A stretch of 64,000 nt of DNA, taken from Salinispira sp. (lineage in GTDB: Bacteria > Spirochaetota > Spirochaetia > DSM-27196 > Salinispiraceae). Location: assembly GCA_965602015.1 (NCBI GenBank), contig OZ271918.1:1568001-1632000 (forward strand), in the 5' to 3' direction. A program made the position numbers and the translations under genes. Every line of letters begins with the position of its first letter. The first letter of the stretch is position 1. The notes beneath the pieces were generated by a model. The model was not told the origin of the DNA and ran no database searches. It worked only from the letters and a program-made list of their open reading frames with translations. Positions 27,988-37,971 of the stretch are shown here, in pieces.

Positions 27988-29505
27988 TCAGGCTCCTTTC
28001 CCGATGCCGGCCATCATGAGGCCTACTTCGTTTTCATCGGTCTCGCTGGTGATGACCTCGCCGACCTTTTCACCGCCGTTGATTACGACAATGCGGTCGG
28101 ACAAATCGAGAATCTCATCGAGCTCGAGGCTGACCAGCAGAACGGCCCTGCCGGCATCGCGCTGCTCGACAAGCCGCTTGTGGATGTATTCGATGGAACC
28201 CACATCCAGACCCCGGGTCGGCTGAACCGCAATGAGGACTTCAGGATTGTGACTGATCTCCCGCCCGACGATGGCCTTTTGCTGATTACCGCCGGACAGC
28301 GCCCGGGCTTTGGCAACCGAACCTTCACCGGAGCGCACATCGAATTCGCTGATCAGCCGTTCGCTGTAGGAGCGTATCTCATCGAACTGGAGGAATCCCC
28401 GTTTGCTGAACGGTTCGTTCTGATGTATTTCCAAAATCATGTTCTCTTCGATTGAATAATCCAGTACCAGGCCCCTTACCTGCCTGTCTTCGGGAATATG
28501 CGCCAGGCCGGCTTCAAAACGCTCCTTGATGCTCAGGCCCGAGATATCCCGGCCGGCAAGGTTTATGGTCCCTGATTCAACCTTTCGCAAACCGGTCAGG
28601 GCTTCGACCAGCTGGGTTTGACCGTTGCCGTCGACCCCGGCTATACCCAATATCTCTCCCCGCTGAAGAGTAAAGGAAAAGCGCTTTACGGCTTCCTCGC
28701 CCCGGTTGCCCATAACCACCAGGTCGCTCACCTCGAGGGCCACTTCGCCAGGCGTGGACTCGTCTTTTTCGACATGAAATGACACCTCCCGCCCGACCAT
28801 CATTTCGGCCATCTTGGCTTCTGTTGTCTCTTTGACATCAACTGTTCCGATGACCTTGCCCCGCCGTATGACTGTACATCGGTCAGCGACTTCCTTGATT
28901 TCCTTTAGCTTGTGGGTGATGAGAATAATGGATTTCCCCTCCTTCAGAAGGTTGCGCATTATTCTCATCAGCTCATGTATTTCCTGGGGAGTAAGAACGG
29001 CGGTGGGCTCGTCAAAAATGAGAATTTCCGCGTCGCGGTAGAGCATTTTGAGAATTTCCACCCGCTGCTGCATGCCCACAGAGATGTCTTCAATTTTCGC
29101 ATAGGGATCCACGTTTAATCCGTAGTGTTCCGAAAGTTCCTTGATTTTTAAAGCCGCACCTTTTCGGTCGATGGAAACGCCGCTCATGGGCTCCATGCCC
29201 AGAATGATGTTTTCCGTCACGGTAAAATTGTGCACCAGCTTGAAGTGCTGGTGCACCATGCCGATTCCCAGCTCATTGGCCATGGTCGGATTTTTTATCT
29301 GAACAGCTTCCCCCCGGACCACAATCTGCCCCTGATCGGGCTGATACAGGCCAAAAAGGATACTCATAAGAGTCGACTTTCCCGCTCCGTTTTCCCCAAG
29401 GAGGGCATGCACTTCACCCTTATTCAGTCCAAGGGTTATGTTGTCATTGGCGACGATGCCGGGAAATTCCTTGCGGATGTTTTGCATCTCGATGATCTTT
29501 TCCAT
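27988..29505 (-). CDS. Nucleoside ABC transporter ATP-binding protein (COG3845/NupO-like, tandem ABC domains)
   Basis: GENGAGKST, MVHQHF, DEPTAVL, IPEDR, LSGGNQQK, QPTRGLD; start at MEKII. Confidence 0.93.
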   Translation of the reverse strand: MEKIIEMQNIRKEFPGIVANDNITLGLNKGEVHALLGENGAGKSTLMSILFGLYQPDQGQIVVRGEAVQIKNPTMANELGIGMVHQHFKLVHNFTVTENIILGMEPMSGVSIDRKGAALKIKELSEHYGLNVDPYAKIEDISVGMQQRVEILKMLYRDAEILIFDEPTAVLTPQEIHELMRIMRNLLKEGKSIILITHKLKEIKEVADRCTVIRRGKVIGTVDVKETTEAKMAEMMVGREVSFHVEKDESTPGEVALEVSDLVVMGNRGEEAVKRFSFTLQRGEILGIAGVDGNGQTQLVEALTGLRKVESGTINLAGRDISGLSIKERFEAGLAHIPEDRQVRGLVLDYSIEENMILEIHQNEPFSKRGFLQFDEIRSYSERLISEFDVRSGEGSVAKARALSGGNQQKAIVGREISHNPEVLIAVQPTRGLDVGSIEYIHKRLVEQRDAGRAVLLVSLELDEILDLSDRIVVINGGEKVGEVITSETDENEVGLMMAGIGKGA

Positions 29506-29601
29506 AGATCTCCCTTTTACATCACCTCTGTTCAGAGGTGGTATCGCCACCCGGAAGACCGCCGGACAGCAGTGTTGAACCACATCATAAACCGGCTAGG
29601 C

Positions 29602-29634
29602 AAAAAAAAACAGGGGCATTTTTGCCCCTGTTTT
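29602..29634 (-). terminator. Intra-operonic terminator-like hairpin after the BMP gene
   Basis: Minus strand reads AAAACAGGGGC-AAAAAT-GCCCCTGTTTTTTTTT. Confidence 0.75.
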
Positions 29635-29675
29635 CTCCGTGACCGCAGTACCAAGACCGCAGCTCTCTGAAGATA

Positions 29676-30746
29676 TTACGGAATGAGGTTACCCTGAAGG
29701 TCGCTGACAACGATGTCGCCGGATACAATCGCAGCGAAGATCTCGTCGACCTGAGCCTGAACGCTGTCATCCAGGTTGGGGTTCACCGCGGGGATTCCGA
29801 CGCCGTTGTTGGTGGCGTCAAGGGTCAGGATCTGACCGCCGGGGAAGGTACCGTTCAGGTAGGCTTCGATCATGTCATAGGCCGCCTGATCGATCTTCTT
29901 GACCGCAGAGGTCAGGATGATGGAATTTTCACCGTCGTAGATTCCGTCGTCATACTGGTCAACGTCTACGCCGATAATCCATGCTTCTTCGCCCGCGAGA
30001 GCCCGGCTCTTGGCTTCGTTGATCGCGCCGACACCCACGCCGCCGGCTGCTGCGAAAATCGCATCGACGCCGCGGTCGAACATCTGCGCGGCAATCTGCT
30101 GCCCGGCCGCCACATTATCAAATGAACCCTGGTACACGAAATTCGCGGCAGAGTAGCTGACATTGGTGCCGAGGTTCTCGTTCGCATAGTCGATTCCCTG
30201 CTGGAATCCCCAGTTGAACTTCTGTACCGGGGGAATAGCCATTCCGCCGATAAAACCGACTTCGCCTTCCTGCAGCTGCAGGGCTGACGCGACGCCGGCA
30301 ACGAATCCCGACTCATGCTCCGCGAAGAAAATCGATACGGTGTTGGGCCCCACCACCGCGTTAAAATCACCGGCATGGGGAACGCCGTCGAGCAATACAA
30401 AATATGCGTCGGAATAGGTTTCCTGAGCCTGGTAAATTGCGGTTTCGAACTTGAATCCGGGAGTAACGATGAACTGATAGCCGCCGTCATAAAGGTTACC
30501 GATTTCAAGGATGTAATCCGCCTCGGTGGTACCCACGGGCTTGAGATACCGGGTTTCTATATCGAAATCCGCCTCAGCGCTCAGAATTCCTTCCCAGGTT
30601 CCCTGGTTGAAGGACTTGTCATCAATGGTACCGGCATCGGTTACCATACCGACCAATACGGTCTCATCTGCCGCATCCCGGTCGCCGCAAGAAACCATCG
30701 ATACAAGCAGTGCAACTGTTACGAGTAAAAGTGCAATTCTTTTCAC
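29676..30746 (-). CDS. BMP family (TmpC/PnrA-like) nucleoside-binding lipoprotein
   Basis: Lipobox MVSC; DKSFNQG.WEG, GF.F, F.EHESG, GFIGG, AAAGG.G.G, IGVDVDQ, TSAVK. Confidence 0.93.
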   Translation of the reverse strand: MKRIALLLVTVALLVSMVSCGDRDAADETVLVGMVTDAGTIDDKSFNQGTWEGILSAEADFDIETRYLKPVGTTEADYILEIGNLYDGGYQFIVTPGFKFETAIYQAQETYSDAYFVLLDGVPHAGDFNAVVGPNTVSIFFAEHESGFVAGVASALQLQEGEVGFIGGMAIPPVQKFNWGFQQGIDYANENLGTNVSYSAANFVYQGSFDNVAAGQQIAAQMFDRGVDAIFAAAGGVGVGAINEAKSRALAGEEAWIIGVDVDQYDDGIYDGENSIILTSAVKKIDQAAYDMIEAYLNGTFPGGQILTLDATNNGVGIPAVNPNLDDSVQAQVDEIFAAIVSGDIVVSDLQGNLIP

Positions 30747-30782
30747 TTTACCTCTCCTTTTTTTTGTGGCTTTGCCACTGTC

Positions 30783-30811
30783 ATACTAAATTGATAATTC
30801 CCGGCGGTCAA
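30783..30811 (-). promoter_or_regulatory. Probable sigma70 promoter of the BMP-ABC operon
   Basis: Minus strand TTGACC-N17-TAGTAT. Confidence 0.55.
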
Positions 30812-30841
30812 ACCTCTTCTGCCCTGCCGGGAGCAAATTTA

Positions 30842-31981
30842 TCACCAATTAACGACCCTGCCGTTATCTTCAAGTCGCTTGCCGATGTAGTCCTCATCCA
30901 GAGAAAGCTCCCGGGCCAGGTCGACAAGGGTGGTCTCGCTGATGAGGTTCTGTTCGATAAACAGGTAGATAAGGGCTTTCTCGGCAATATTCGCAGCGCG
31001 AAGGGCATTGTGATTTGCCTCCCCGGATTCGCTGTCGATATCGTATTTTTCCCGGAAGTGGCTGGCAAGGGCGCTCGAGTCGATATCGCCCTTGAGCAGG
31101 CTGAGCTCGCCCTTCAGAGGCTCCAGATTGCCCCGGGCAGCCTCAATGCCCAGGGGCTTGAGGATGAGAAAGGTGTATTCCTTGCCGGGCAGATAATGAT
31201 GCCGCTCGCAGCGGGTACAGTAATTCGGCTCCCGTGGATCGTTTTTAACATCATCACCGCCGACGATTATGAGGGGATCAAAATACAGGGCGGGACATTC
31301 GACGCCGTTGACGTTGTAGTAGCGATAGGTAAAAAACGAGTCGGCCATGCAGTCCTTGTGCTCACAGTATGCAGTGAGGGGGAACACATCGGTTGCGGTA
31401 TCAAGAAGCAGGCGGGCCGTTGAGTTAAAAATGTCCTTACGGAAATTCAAAATCAGCGTGGGATAGACGAAGACCAGACCGCGCTCCTCGCTGGCCTTGC
31501 GGGTAACATAGGCGATCCGTTCATCATAGAAACTTGCTTCATCCAGTATCCAGGTTCCCGCCTGGGGATTCGCCTCGATGACCTGCTCCAGGCCGAACGA
31601 ATCTGCGATTCTGGCGATATTTTCACCGAGGCGCTCAAACCCACCCCGATATGCCAGCGCATCTTCGGGGTATTCGGAAAAACGCTGGGTGTCGAGTATG
31701 GAACGAATAAAAAACACGTTCCGTCGGTCTGCACCAGCCGTACGGGTTTGTCGGGCAAATCGGTCGGACTTGTTCATGGCCACCCGGGCATCGCGCCAAA
31801 TTTGGGCGCTGTACTCGGTTTTACCCGATCCCATGGGTCCTATCACCAAAATCCGCCTGGCAGGCTTGGTGAAATCAAAGTGGTTTTTTGCATGATGGAT
31901 TTGTACGTTCGGCAGACCAAGGCTCTTGAAAAACTCGCTTGCATCTGACGAATGGCTGCTGGTGAGCATCGGCTGGGGCAC
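30842..31981 (-). CDS. tdk: Thymidine kinase (long spirochaete-type)
   Basis: GPMGSGKT, ILDEASF, LNFR..IF, zinc ligands C..(K)DC and YCTRC.RHH. Confidence 0.85.
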   Translation of the reverse strand: MPQPMLTSSHSSDASEFFKSLGLPNVQIHHAKNHFDFTKPARRILVIGPMGSGKTEYSAQIWRDARVAMNKSDRFARQTRTAGADRRNVFFIRSILDTQRFSEYPEDALAYRGGFERLGENIARIADSFGLEQVIEANPQAGTWILDEASFYDERIAYVTRKASEERGLVFVYPTLILNFRKDIFNSTARLLLDTATDVFPLTAYCEHKDCMADSFFTYRYYNVNGVECPALYFDPLIIVGGDDVKNDPREPNYCTRCERHHYLPGKEYTFLILKPLGIEAARGNLEPLKGELSLLKGDIDSSALASHFREKYDIDSESGEANHNALRAANIAEKALIYLFIEQNLISETTLVDLARELSLDEDYIGKRLEDNGRVVNW

Positions 31982-32011
31982 CCCTTTGTGGTTGTGACAA
32001 TCTACACAGTT

Positions 32012-32782
32012 TTATCCATTTCTGTAAACACAGATATCCCAGAAACTTTCCCCCTGGGAAAACCCGTCGTATTGCTCGACGACGTTCAACCCGGACTCGT
32101 GCATTTCCCGGGCTACCTGCCCTTTTTCAAAGCGCGCCAAAGCAAAGCGGTTAGAAAAATCCAACTCCGGGTTTTCGCAGACAAAATACCAGTCCACTTC
32201 CTGACGATCTGAGTCCAGAATCCGGCTCTGCTCAAACACATCGTAGCGCATACCCGAGCGGTCCACCGCGCAGCCGACTTCAACAGCCGAGGAAGCGCTG
32301 TCTGCAAAGCTTTCCTGAATGAGCACCGCGATAATTCCCCACCCGCGGCGAGCTGTTGCATCCGCCATATTCCGGTAAATGGATTTGCGTTCCGCAGGCA
32401 ATATAAAATGTCCGAGGCTGTTCGCCATGAGCAGGACCACATCGGCCGGGGGCAGGGTCTCAGACGTGCCAAGATTTCTTTTCAGGATGTCGCCGCTGTG
32501 CCATCGGACATCAGCTGCGGATTTCCAGCGTTGTCCGGCAAACTCCAACATGGCCGGTGAAAGATCTACGCCGGAAAACACCCGGGAAGGGTCTTTTAAC
32601 TCAGACGATGAAGCGAGGTTTCCGATTACCCGCCCGCCCCCGCAGGCCAATTCGCATATGTGGGCTCCGGGCGAAAAGCCGGTTTTTTGAACATGTGAAA
32701 GAACAAAAGTCCAATCATCGGTATAGTCCGCAAAAAGCGAGTCGTAAAGCTCGGGGCGGGCGTACAGCTCATTCACAACCAC
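32012..32782 (-). CDS. Class I SAM-dependent methyltransferase
   Basis: ELACGGGR, GVDLSPAML, GDI, NSLGH. Confidence 0.85.
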   Translation of the reverse strand: MVVNELYARPELYDSLFADYTDDWTFVLSHVQKTGFSPGAHICELACGGGRVIGNLASSSELKDPSRVFSGVDLSPAMLEFAGQRWKSAADVRWHSGDILKRNLGTSETLPPADVVLLMANSLGHFILPAERKSIYRNMADATARRGWGIIAVLIQESFADSASSAVEVGCAVDRSGMRYDVFEQSRILDSDRQEVDWYFVCENPELDFSNRFALARFEKGQVAREMHESGLNVVEQYDGFSQGESFWDICVYRNG

Positions 32783-33117
32783 TGAGCTCCTGCAGCTTCC
32801 ACATCTTCAATAGCGCTCAGCCGAATTGCCCCCCAGGCAGGTTCCTCATACGGGTGAGCATTCTTTAAGGCCGTAACAACCTCGGCTACGCAGTTGTCAT
32901 CTGCTATAAACTCGAGCTTAACCTCTTCGACAGTTTCCAATCTGCCCGGACGTCCGATATGGGGTGATGCGCCGTTCAGGGGCATAAACTGCCCGGTTCC
33001 GCTTGTTTCCCAGCAGGCATGGCTATAATCTCCGATTCGCCCGGCACCGGCGGAAAAACAGGCCTGCTTGACCGCTTCGCGGTCAGCCTTTGGCACGTAG
33101 ACAAAAATATGAAACAT
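32773..33117 (-). CDS. YqfO/NIF3-related PII-like domain protein
   Basis: AGAGRIGDYS, GTGQF.P..GA.PHIG, E.VEE.K.E, AHPYEEPA. Confidence 0.85.
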   Translation of the reverse strand: MFHIFVYVPKADREAVKQACFSAGAGRIGDYSHACWETSGTGQFMPLNGASPHIGRPGRLETVEEVKLEFIADDNCVAEVVTALKNAHPYEEPAWGAIRLSAIEDVEAAGAQWL

Positions 33118-33250
33118 TGTTCCTCCATAGAATTTTTCAAAAAATTTTGAGTGTACAGGCTTTTCTTTCTATCTATTCGCATTAGCGCAATGCAGCCGGA
33201 GGATGAGCACGTCTTGCGTTCATGCCATCCGCAGGGAATAATACCAGCCT

Positions 33251-34345
33251 ATGATACATGCTTTTAGTGACGCAGGAAACGACCGCGGTATACAAAACCT
33301 TCGCTTGAAGTATCTTGCAATTACTGCCTTGTACCTGGGAAGCCTGCTTGCCCTGCCAACCACCGGGTATGCCCGGGGAACCGCAGAGGGCGTTAGGGCC
33401 CCGGAGGAAATGGTCTTTCCCGATTCCATGCTGCGCTATGAATCCTTTGAAGATTATGTGGAACTATATGTGCCTGACGGCGAATGCTTATGCTACGCCT
33501 CCAGCGGTTTTATTCAGGCTGCGGGATATGAGATTTTTACCAGCGTTTTTCGCGGGAACTCCCGGAGCAAACCCGGCAGCGTGTGGATTGCTCACGGCTA
33601 CCTGCACCGTCAGGGGTACTACCTGTCCCTTGCCGCCAGATTACGCGATTTGGGATGGGACGTGGTGCTCTTCGACCTCCCGGGTCACGGGCTGTCCTCA
33701 GGCCCCCGCGCCGAAATTCCCTCTTTTTGGCGCTATGGTGAGCTCATCAACGACCTCATCAATTCACCTCATTTGGAGGGGATTGGCAGCAAAAAAATTG
33801 CCCTTGGCCACAGCACCGGCGCCAGCGCATACATCTCCCAAGCGCTGAGCTACGGAACGGCCTTTGACTCATACATCTTCCTTGCTCCCCTCATCAGATC
33901 GGCGGCATGGAATCTCAGCAGAACCAGCATAGACATACGCCCGGCGCGGATGAGCACCATTCCCCGGCTTATCCGAAAGAGCAGCGGAGACGATGAATTT
34001 ATGCGCTTTATGCGCAGGGAGGATCTGTTTACCCATCGGAGAATTCCCGTCGCGTGGATCGACGCCTTGATCCGCTGGAATAGCGAACTCGAAAACCTGC
34101 CGAGAGAGTCCTGGACTCAGGCGTTCTCGGGCACGGCGGTCACGTTAATCCAGGGAGGCCGGGATACCGTTGTTGATTGGCGTTATAATCTGCCTTTTCT
34201 CAGTCACCGCATACCCAACAATGATGTTTACCTTATTGAACAGGCACGGCACGACCTGCTTTTTGAATCTGAAGGATTGCGCATGCAAGGCTACTCCCGG
34301 CTTTTTGATGCATTGTTCGCACAAAACGATAGCAAGGAATATTGA
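33251..34345 (+). CDS. Alpha/beta hydrolase (lysophospholipase-like)
   Basis: HGY, DLPGHGLS.G.RA.I, GHSTG, QG..D.VV, ARH.L..E; exact start uncertain. Confidence 0.85.
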   Translation: MIHAFSDAGNDRGIQNLRLKYLAITALYLGSLLALPTTGYARGTAEGVRAPEEMVFPDSMLRYESFEDYVELYVPDGECLCYASSGFIQAAGYEIFTSVFRGNSRSKPGSVWIAHGYLHRQGYYLSLAARLRDLGWDVVLFDLPGHGLSSGPRAEIPSFWRYGELINDLINSPHLEGIGSKKIALGHSTGASAYISQALSYGTAFDSYIFLAPLIRSAAWNLSRTSIDIRPARMSTIPRLIRKSSGDDEFMRFMRREDLFTHRRIPVAWIDALIRWNSELENLPRESWTQAFSGTAVTLIQGGRDTVVDWRYNLPFLSHRIPNNDVYLIEQARHDLLFESEGLRMQGYSRLFDALFAQNDSKEY

Positions 34346-35127
34346 TGAAAAAAGCCGGAACACGACCAGATCCGCGCACGAGAAAATCCTTCACCGGATT
34401 CCTTGCGGCTATTATGCTTGTATGTATGAGTTTACCAGCCGCAGCACAAGACAGTCGGGAAATCGCCGAAGTAAGAAGCAGCTACCGGCAAGCAGAACGG
34501 GTATTTTTCTCCCGGGATGATATCGCCGCAGCCCGGGCAATCCTCGATGCACATCTCGACGCGCGGGAACGCATCCGCGACCCCCAATGGCGCCGCCTGA
34601 TGAATGCCCAGGCATCGGTGCACGCAGGCTACTTTGAAATGAATGGCGGCCGGGACAGCATTGCCCGGGAGCTCCTCGAGCAGGGGATTTCGCACAGCGA
34701 AGCAGTTATTGCCCAGGGAGGATCAGGGGAACTTATTTCCGAGGCATACCGCATCGCGGCCGATGCCTACCTGTTTTTAGCGAATATCAGAGGTCCGCTT
34801 TTTCAGATGAGCAACGGAGCGAAATTCCGCGATTACCCCATCAAGGCCCTGGAATACCACCCTGAAAACCGCCGGGCACGGCTTTCCCGGGCGGTGTTCC
34901 TCGCGTCGGTCCCTCCACTGGTCGGCGGGAATCCGGCTGAGGCGGCTCGGCTTCTTGAGGATTCCCTTGAGGGGAGCGAAGCGGAGCTTCAATTCCAGAT
35001 GCTGGTGTGGCTTGGAATTGCCAATCAGCGCTTGGGAGATGACCGTCAAGCCCTGTCGGCCTGGGAAAGAGCCGAGCGTATTATTCCCGGAAGCAGTTGG
35101 ATTGCCGAGCTTCGGGCGAAGATATAG
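34345..35127 (+). CDS. Exported TPR-like protein
   Basis: Signal peptide ending AAA-Q; helical repeats ALEYHPEN, PPLVGGN, AERIIPG; TGATG overlap with the upstream stop. Confidence 0.75.
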   Translation: MKKAGTRPDPRTRKSFTGFLAAIMLVCMSLPAAAQDSREIAEVRSSYRQAERVFFSRDDIAAARAILDAHLDARERIRDPQWRRLMNAQASVHAGYFEMNGGRDSIARELLEQGISHSEAVIAQGGSGELISEAYRIAADAYLFLANIRGPLFQMSNGAKFRDYPIKALEYHPENRRARLSRAVFLASVPPLVGGNPAEAARLLEDSLEGSEAELQFQMLVWLGIANQRLGDDRQALSAWERAERIIPGSSWIAELRAKI

Positions 35128-35135
35128 TCCGGCTA

Positions 35136-36470
35136 TCAGCCCCTCGCTACCGGGGGCACCGATTGGCGGTAAAAAGCCTCCATGAGGGCTATCATGTCAC
35201 ATTGATCGCCAAGCCCTGCAGTTTCTCTTACAGAATGCATGGCCAGCATGCCAATGCCCAGGTCGACGGTGGGAATATCAAGCAGGGTCATGGAAATAGT
35301 CCCAATGGTAGAACCTGAGGGTACGTCCGCCCGGTTAACCATTTCCTGGATGGGTATTTCTTTTGCCGTGCTGAGGGAGAACAATCTGCTGGCCACCACC
35401 GCATCGGTGCCGTACTTATACCCGGCGCTGCGCTTCAAAACGATTCCCCTATTTATTTCCGGCCGGTACTGTCCATCGTGCTTGTCGCTGTAGTTGGGAT
35501 GCAGGGCATGGGCTCCGTCAATGGATATCTGAAAGGATTTTTGCCGGGCGATGAGCTGATCTTCCTGATTCATTCCGCAGGCGATAAAAAAGCGCTCAAG
35601 CACCTGATCAAAAAAACGGCTGGCTGCCCCGGATCTGGTGCGGCTGCCGATTTCCTCGCTGTTGTACAGGCAGACAAATCCGGGCTTGCTGTGAGTTTCA
35701 GGCGCGCTGTGCAAGAAGCCGGTGAGGGCCGCATGGCAGCCCGCGAGATTATCAATCCGTCCGGATCGGATAAGCGATGACGACCCTGATCCCGCAAATA
35801 TGCTGGCTTTTTCGACGGGTACGAGAAAGCACTCCACATCGAGAATGTCCTCGCCCTTCACTCCCTCTTCAGCGGCCAAAATGCTGATGAGATTCGTATC
35901 TTTGGCATCGTCACGGTGGAAGAGCAATGCCCTGAACTCTTTCTGGGGATTGTATGTTAATTCCTTGTTGATCTCCCGGTTCATATGAATTGCTACATTG
36001 GGAATAATTGCGGTCAGACTTTCCAATGAGAAAAGACGCTCTTCCAGAACACTATTATTCTTTACCATGTAACGCCCTGCCAGGCGCAGGTCCCGGTCAA
36101 GCCATGTGGCGTAAATCGGACCGCCGTACACTTCAACCCCGGCAGTGAGAACATTTCCCGACACTTCGAGCCGGGTCCCTTTGAGTTTTAACAGGGGACT
36201 ATCCAGATGGGCGCCGGTAATCGATACCCCCTCTCCCCTGGGCTTCATATCGGCGGTGGAAAATGCGATTACCGCCGATCCGTCCCTCATGAGGTAATAT
36301 ATGGAACCGGGTTCGAGTTTCCAGGTTTCATCTTCATAAAGGCGGCGGGCACCGGCGGCTTCCAAACGCCTGGCACTTTCTCTGGCGCCGTGAAATGCTG
36401 TGGGAATGTTGTCAATGTACGCCGCCAAATCCTCACCGACCTTATGTACTGCGTGTGTTTCAGGTTTCAT
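35136..36470 (-). CDS. M18 family aminopeptidase (ApeB/aspartyl aminopeptidase-like)
   Basis: GAHLDSP, EVYGG..W.DRDL, RIDNL, EEIGS, D.AHA.HPNY, GSTIG, MHSVRE. Confidence 0.92.
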   Translation of the reverse strand: MKPETHAVHKVGEDLAAYIDNIPTAFHGARESARRLEAAGARRLYEDETWKLEPGSIYYLMRDGSAVIAFSTADMKPRGEGVSITGAHLDSPLLKLKGTRLEVSGNVLTAGVEVYGGPIYATWLDRDLRLAGRYMVKNNSVLEERLFSLESLTAIIPNVAIHMNREINKELTYNPQKEFRALLFHRDDAKDTNLISILAAEEGVKGEDILDVECFLVPVEKASIFAGSGSSSLIRSGRIDNLAGCHAALTGFLHSAPETHSKPGFVCLYNSEEIGSRTRSGAASRFFDQVLERFFIACGMNQEDQLIARQKSFQISIDGAHALHPNYSDKHDGQYRPEINRGIVLKRSAGYKYGTDAVVASRLFSLSTAKEIPIQEMVNRADVPSGSTIGTISMTLLDIPTVDLGIGMLAMHSVRETAGLGDQCDMIALMEAFYRQSVPPVARG

Positions 36471-36516
36471 AATCTGCTCCGTATTGAATTAGTGGGTAAA
36501 AACATAACAATAACGC

Positions 36517-37971
36517 TTAGTAGAGTGAAAAGGAATGTAGGCTGGCTTCCAGCTGCCCGTTTTTCAGCGATCTCCGCTTTTCGCTTCGAAGGCCGATCTG
36601 TTTGAGGGCTTGTTTGTTTGCCGAGAAAACGTGGGCGCTGTATCCCTTCCAATCCTGTTTGAGGCAGTCGCCAATTGCCTCGTACAGCCGGTCATCCTCA
36701 TCGAGGGTCAGTCTTCTATCGTACGGAGGGTTCAGAATGATAAACCCGTTATCCGCCTCGGGGTTCAGCAGGTCAGCAAACCTGCCTTCACTCTTCTCTA
36801 AATTTGACCGAAGGTCAATAAAATTATCAACCGCGAAGAAAATATACTCTTCCACACCCGCCCTGCGGGCATTCTCCCTGGCAATACTCACGGCCCTCTG
36901 GTCGATATCCGAAGCGATAATGAGGCAGCTCGGTCTATCTGACGACCGGGACGGAGTTCCGCCCATGTCGGGTTTTTTCTGTGGGGGTTCGTTTATTTGG
37001 CCTTTGATCATTGCCCGAAGCCTCGAGCCCTTGTCCGGCCAGGCAAAGCACATATAATCCCGTCCGGCGGACTCGTTTGATTTTTTCGCAATGAGCACGG
37101 CCTTTGGTTTTTTCGAGGATGGCGCTATTTTACCCGGGGGGATAGCGGTTGCCGGGCGGGGCTTGGAATCCGCGAGTGCTTTTTTTTCCATGGGGAGTCC
37201 ATCAGAGCCGGATTCCTTATACATAGATTCGTCGGGACTTGACTCATTGGTGCCGTTCAGCAACTCCAGAACGCCTTCCTGCTCCGAGGAGACGGGATGA
37301 GGCGGAATTCCCAGCCGTTTTACGTACAGGGCGGCCTCGATGCTGATGGTTCCGCTGCCGCACATCGGATCGATCAGGCTGCCCCCGGTAAAATTTGCGG
37401 CGGCATCGGCAAAACCGCTGAAATTCAGAAGCCCCCAGGCCAGAACCTCGTTGAGAGGGGCGCCGCTGTGGCGAAGGCGGTACCCCCGCTGGCTCAAGGG
37501 GGCTCCGGAGGCATCTCTGAGAAGCGAGGCGCCGCCACTGCCGAAGACTATGAGAAAGCGAATATCCGGATTATTGCGGTCAACAGACGGACGGTTTCCG
37601 GTCTTGTCTCGGATCCGGTCCACCAGGGCATCCTTTGCCTTGAGGGTGATGTACCGCACAGGGCCCGGCGCCCTTCCCCCGCTCTCTATCACTTCAATGG
37701 AAAAGCTCTGGTCATTGCGAAGGAAACGCTCCCAGGCAACCGTCACCAGCCGTCGGTAGAGGTCCTGTTGGCTGGCTGCCCGAAACTCGGTGATTTCCTG
37801 GTAGACCCTCAGGGCCGAGGGCAGGTCCGTCAGGCATTGGAGCAGCATCCTATCATTCCCGTCAAAGCTGATTGCCTGGCGCTGCTTTATCAGACTCTTG
37901 CCTCCGATGGCGGTCAGTTCTGATTCTAGAATCTCCTCCATACCCGGAAGACAGCTGACGGAAATTCGCAT
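36517..37971 (-). CDS. THUMP-domain RNA methyltransferase (RlmL/YpsC-like)
   Basis: KDA.VD, RPSVD..NPD, SG..L..RGYR, APLNE.LA, DPMCGSGT, NPPY; start at the TGATG overlap. Confidence 0.88.
   Translation of the reverse strand: MRISVSCLPGMEEILESELTAIGGKSLIKQRQAISFDGNDRMLLQCLTDLPSALRVYQEITEFRAASQQDLYRRLVTVAWERFLRNDQSFSIEVIESGGRAPGPVRYITLKAKDALVDRIRDKTGNRPSVDRNNPDIRFLIVFGSGGASLLRDASGAPLSQRGYRLRHSGAPLNEVLAWGLLNFSGFADAAANFTGGSLIDPMCGSGTISIEAALYVKRLGIPPHPVSSEQEGVLELLNGTNESSPDESMYKESGSDGLPMEKKALADSKPRPATAIPPGKIAPSSKKPKAVLIAKKSNESAGRDYMCFAWPDKGSRLRAMIKGQINEPPQKKPDMGGTPSRSSDRPSCLIIASDIDQRAVSIARENARRAGVEEYIFFAVDNFIDLRSNLEKSEGRFADLLNPEADNGFIILNPPYDRRLTLDEDDRLYEAIGDCLKQDWKGYSAHVFSANKQALKQIGLRSEKRRSLKNGQLEASLHSFSLY

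Noticed and set aside
30747..30841. Purine riboswitch upstream of the BMP gene
   Set aside because: No purine-riboswitch core (TATA.T...TTTCTACC...CCGTAAA); the predicted promoter leaves only a ~30-nt leader.
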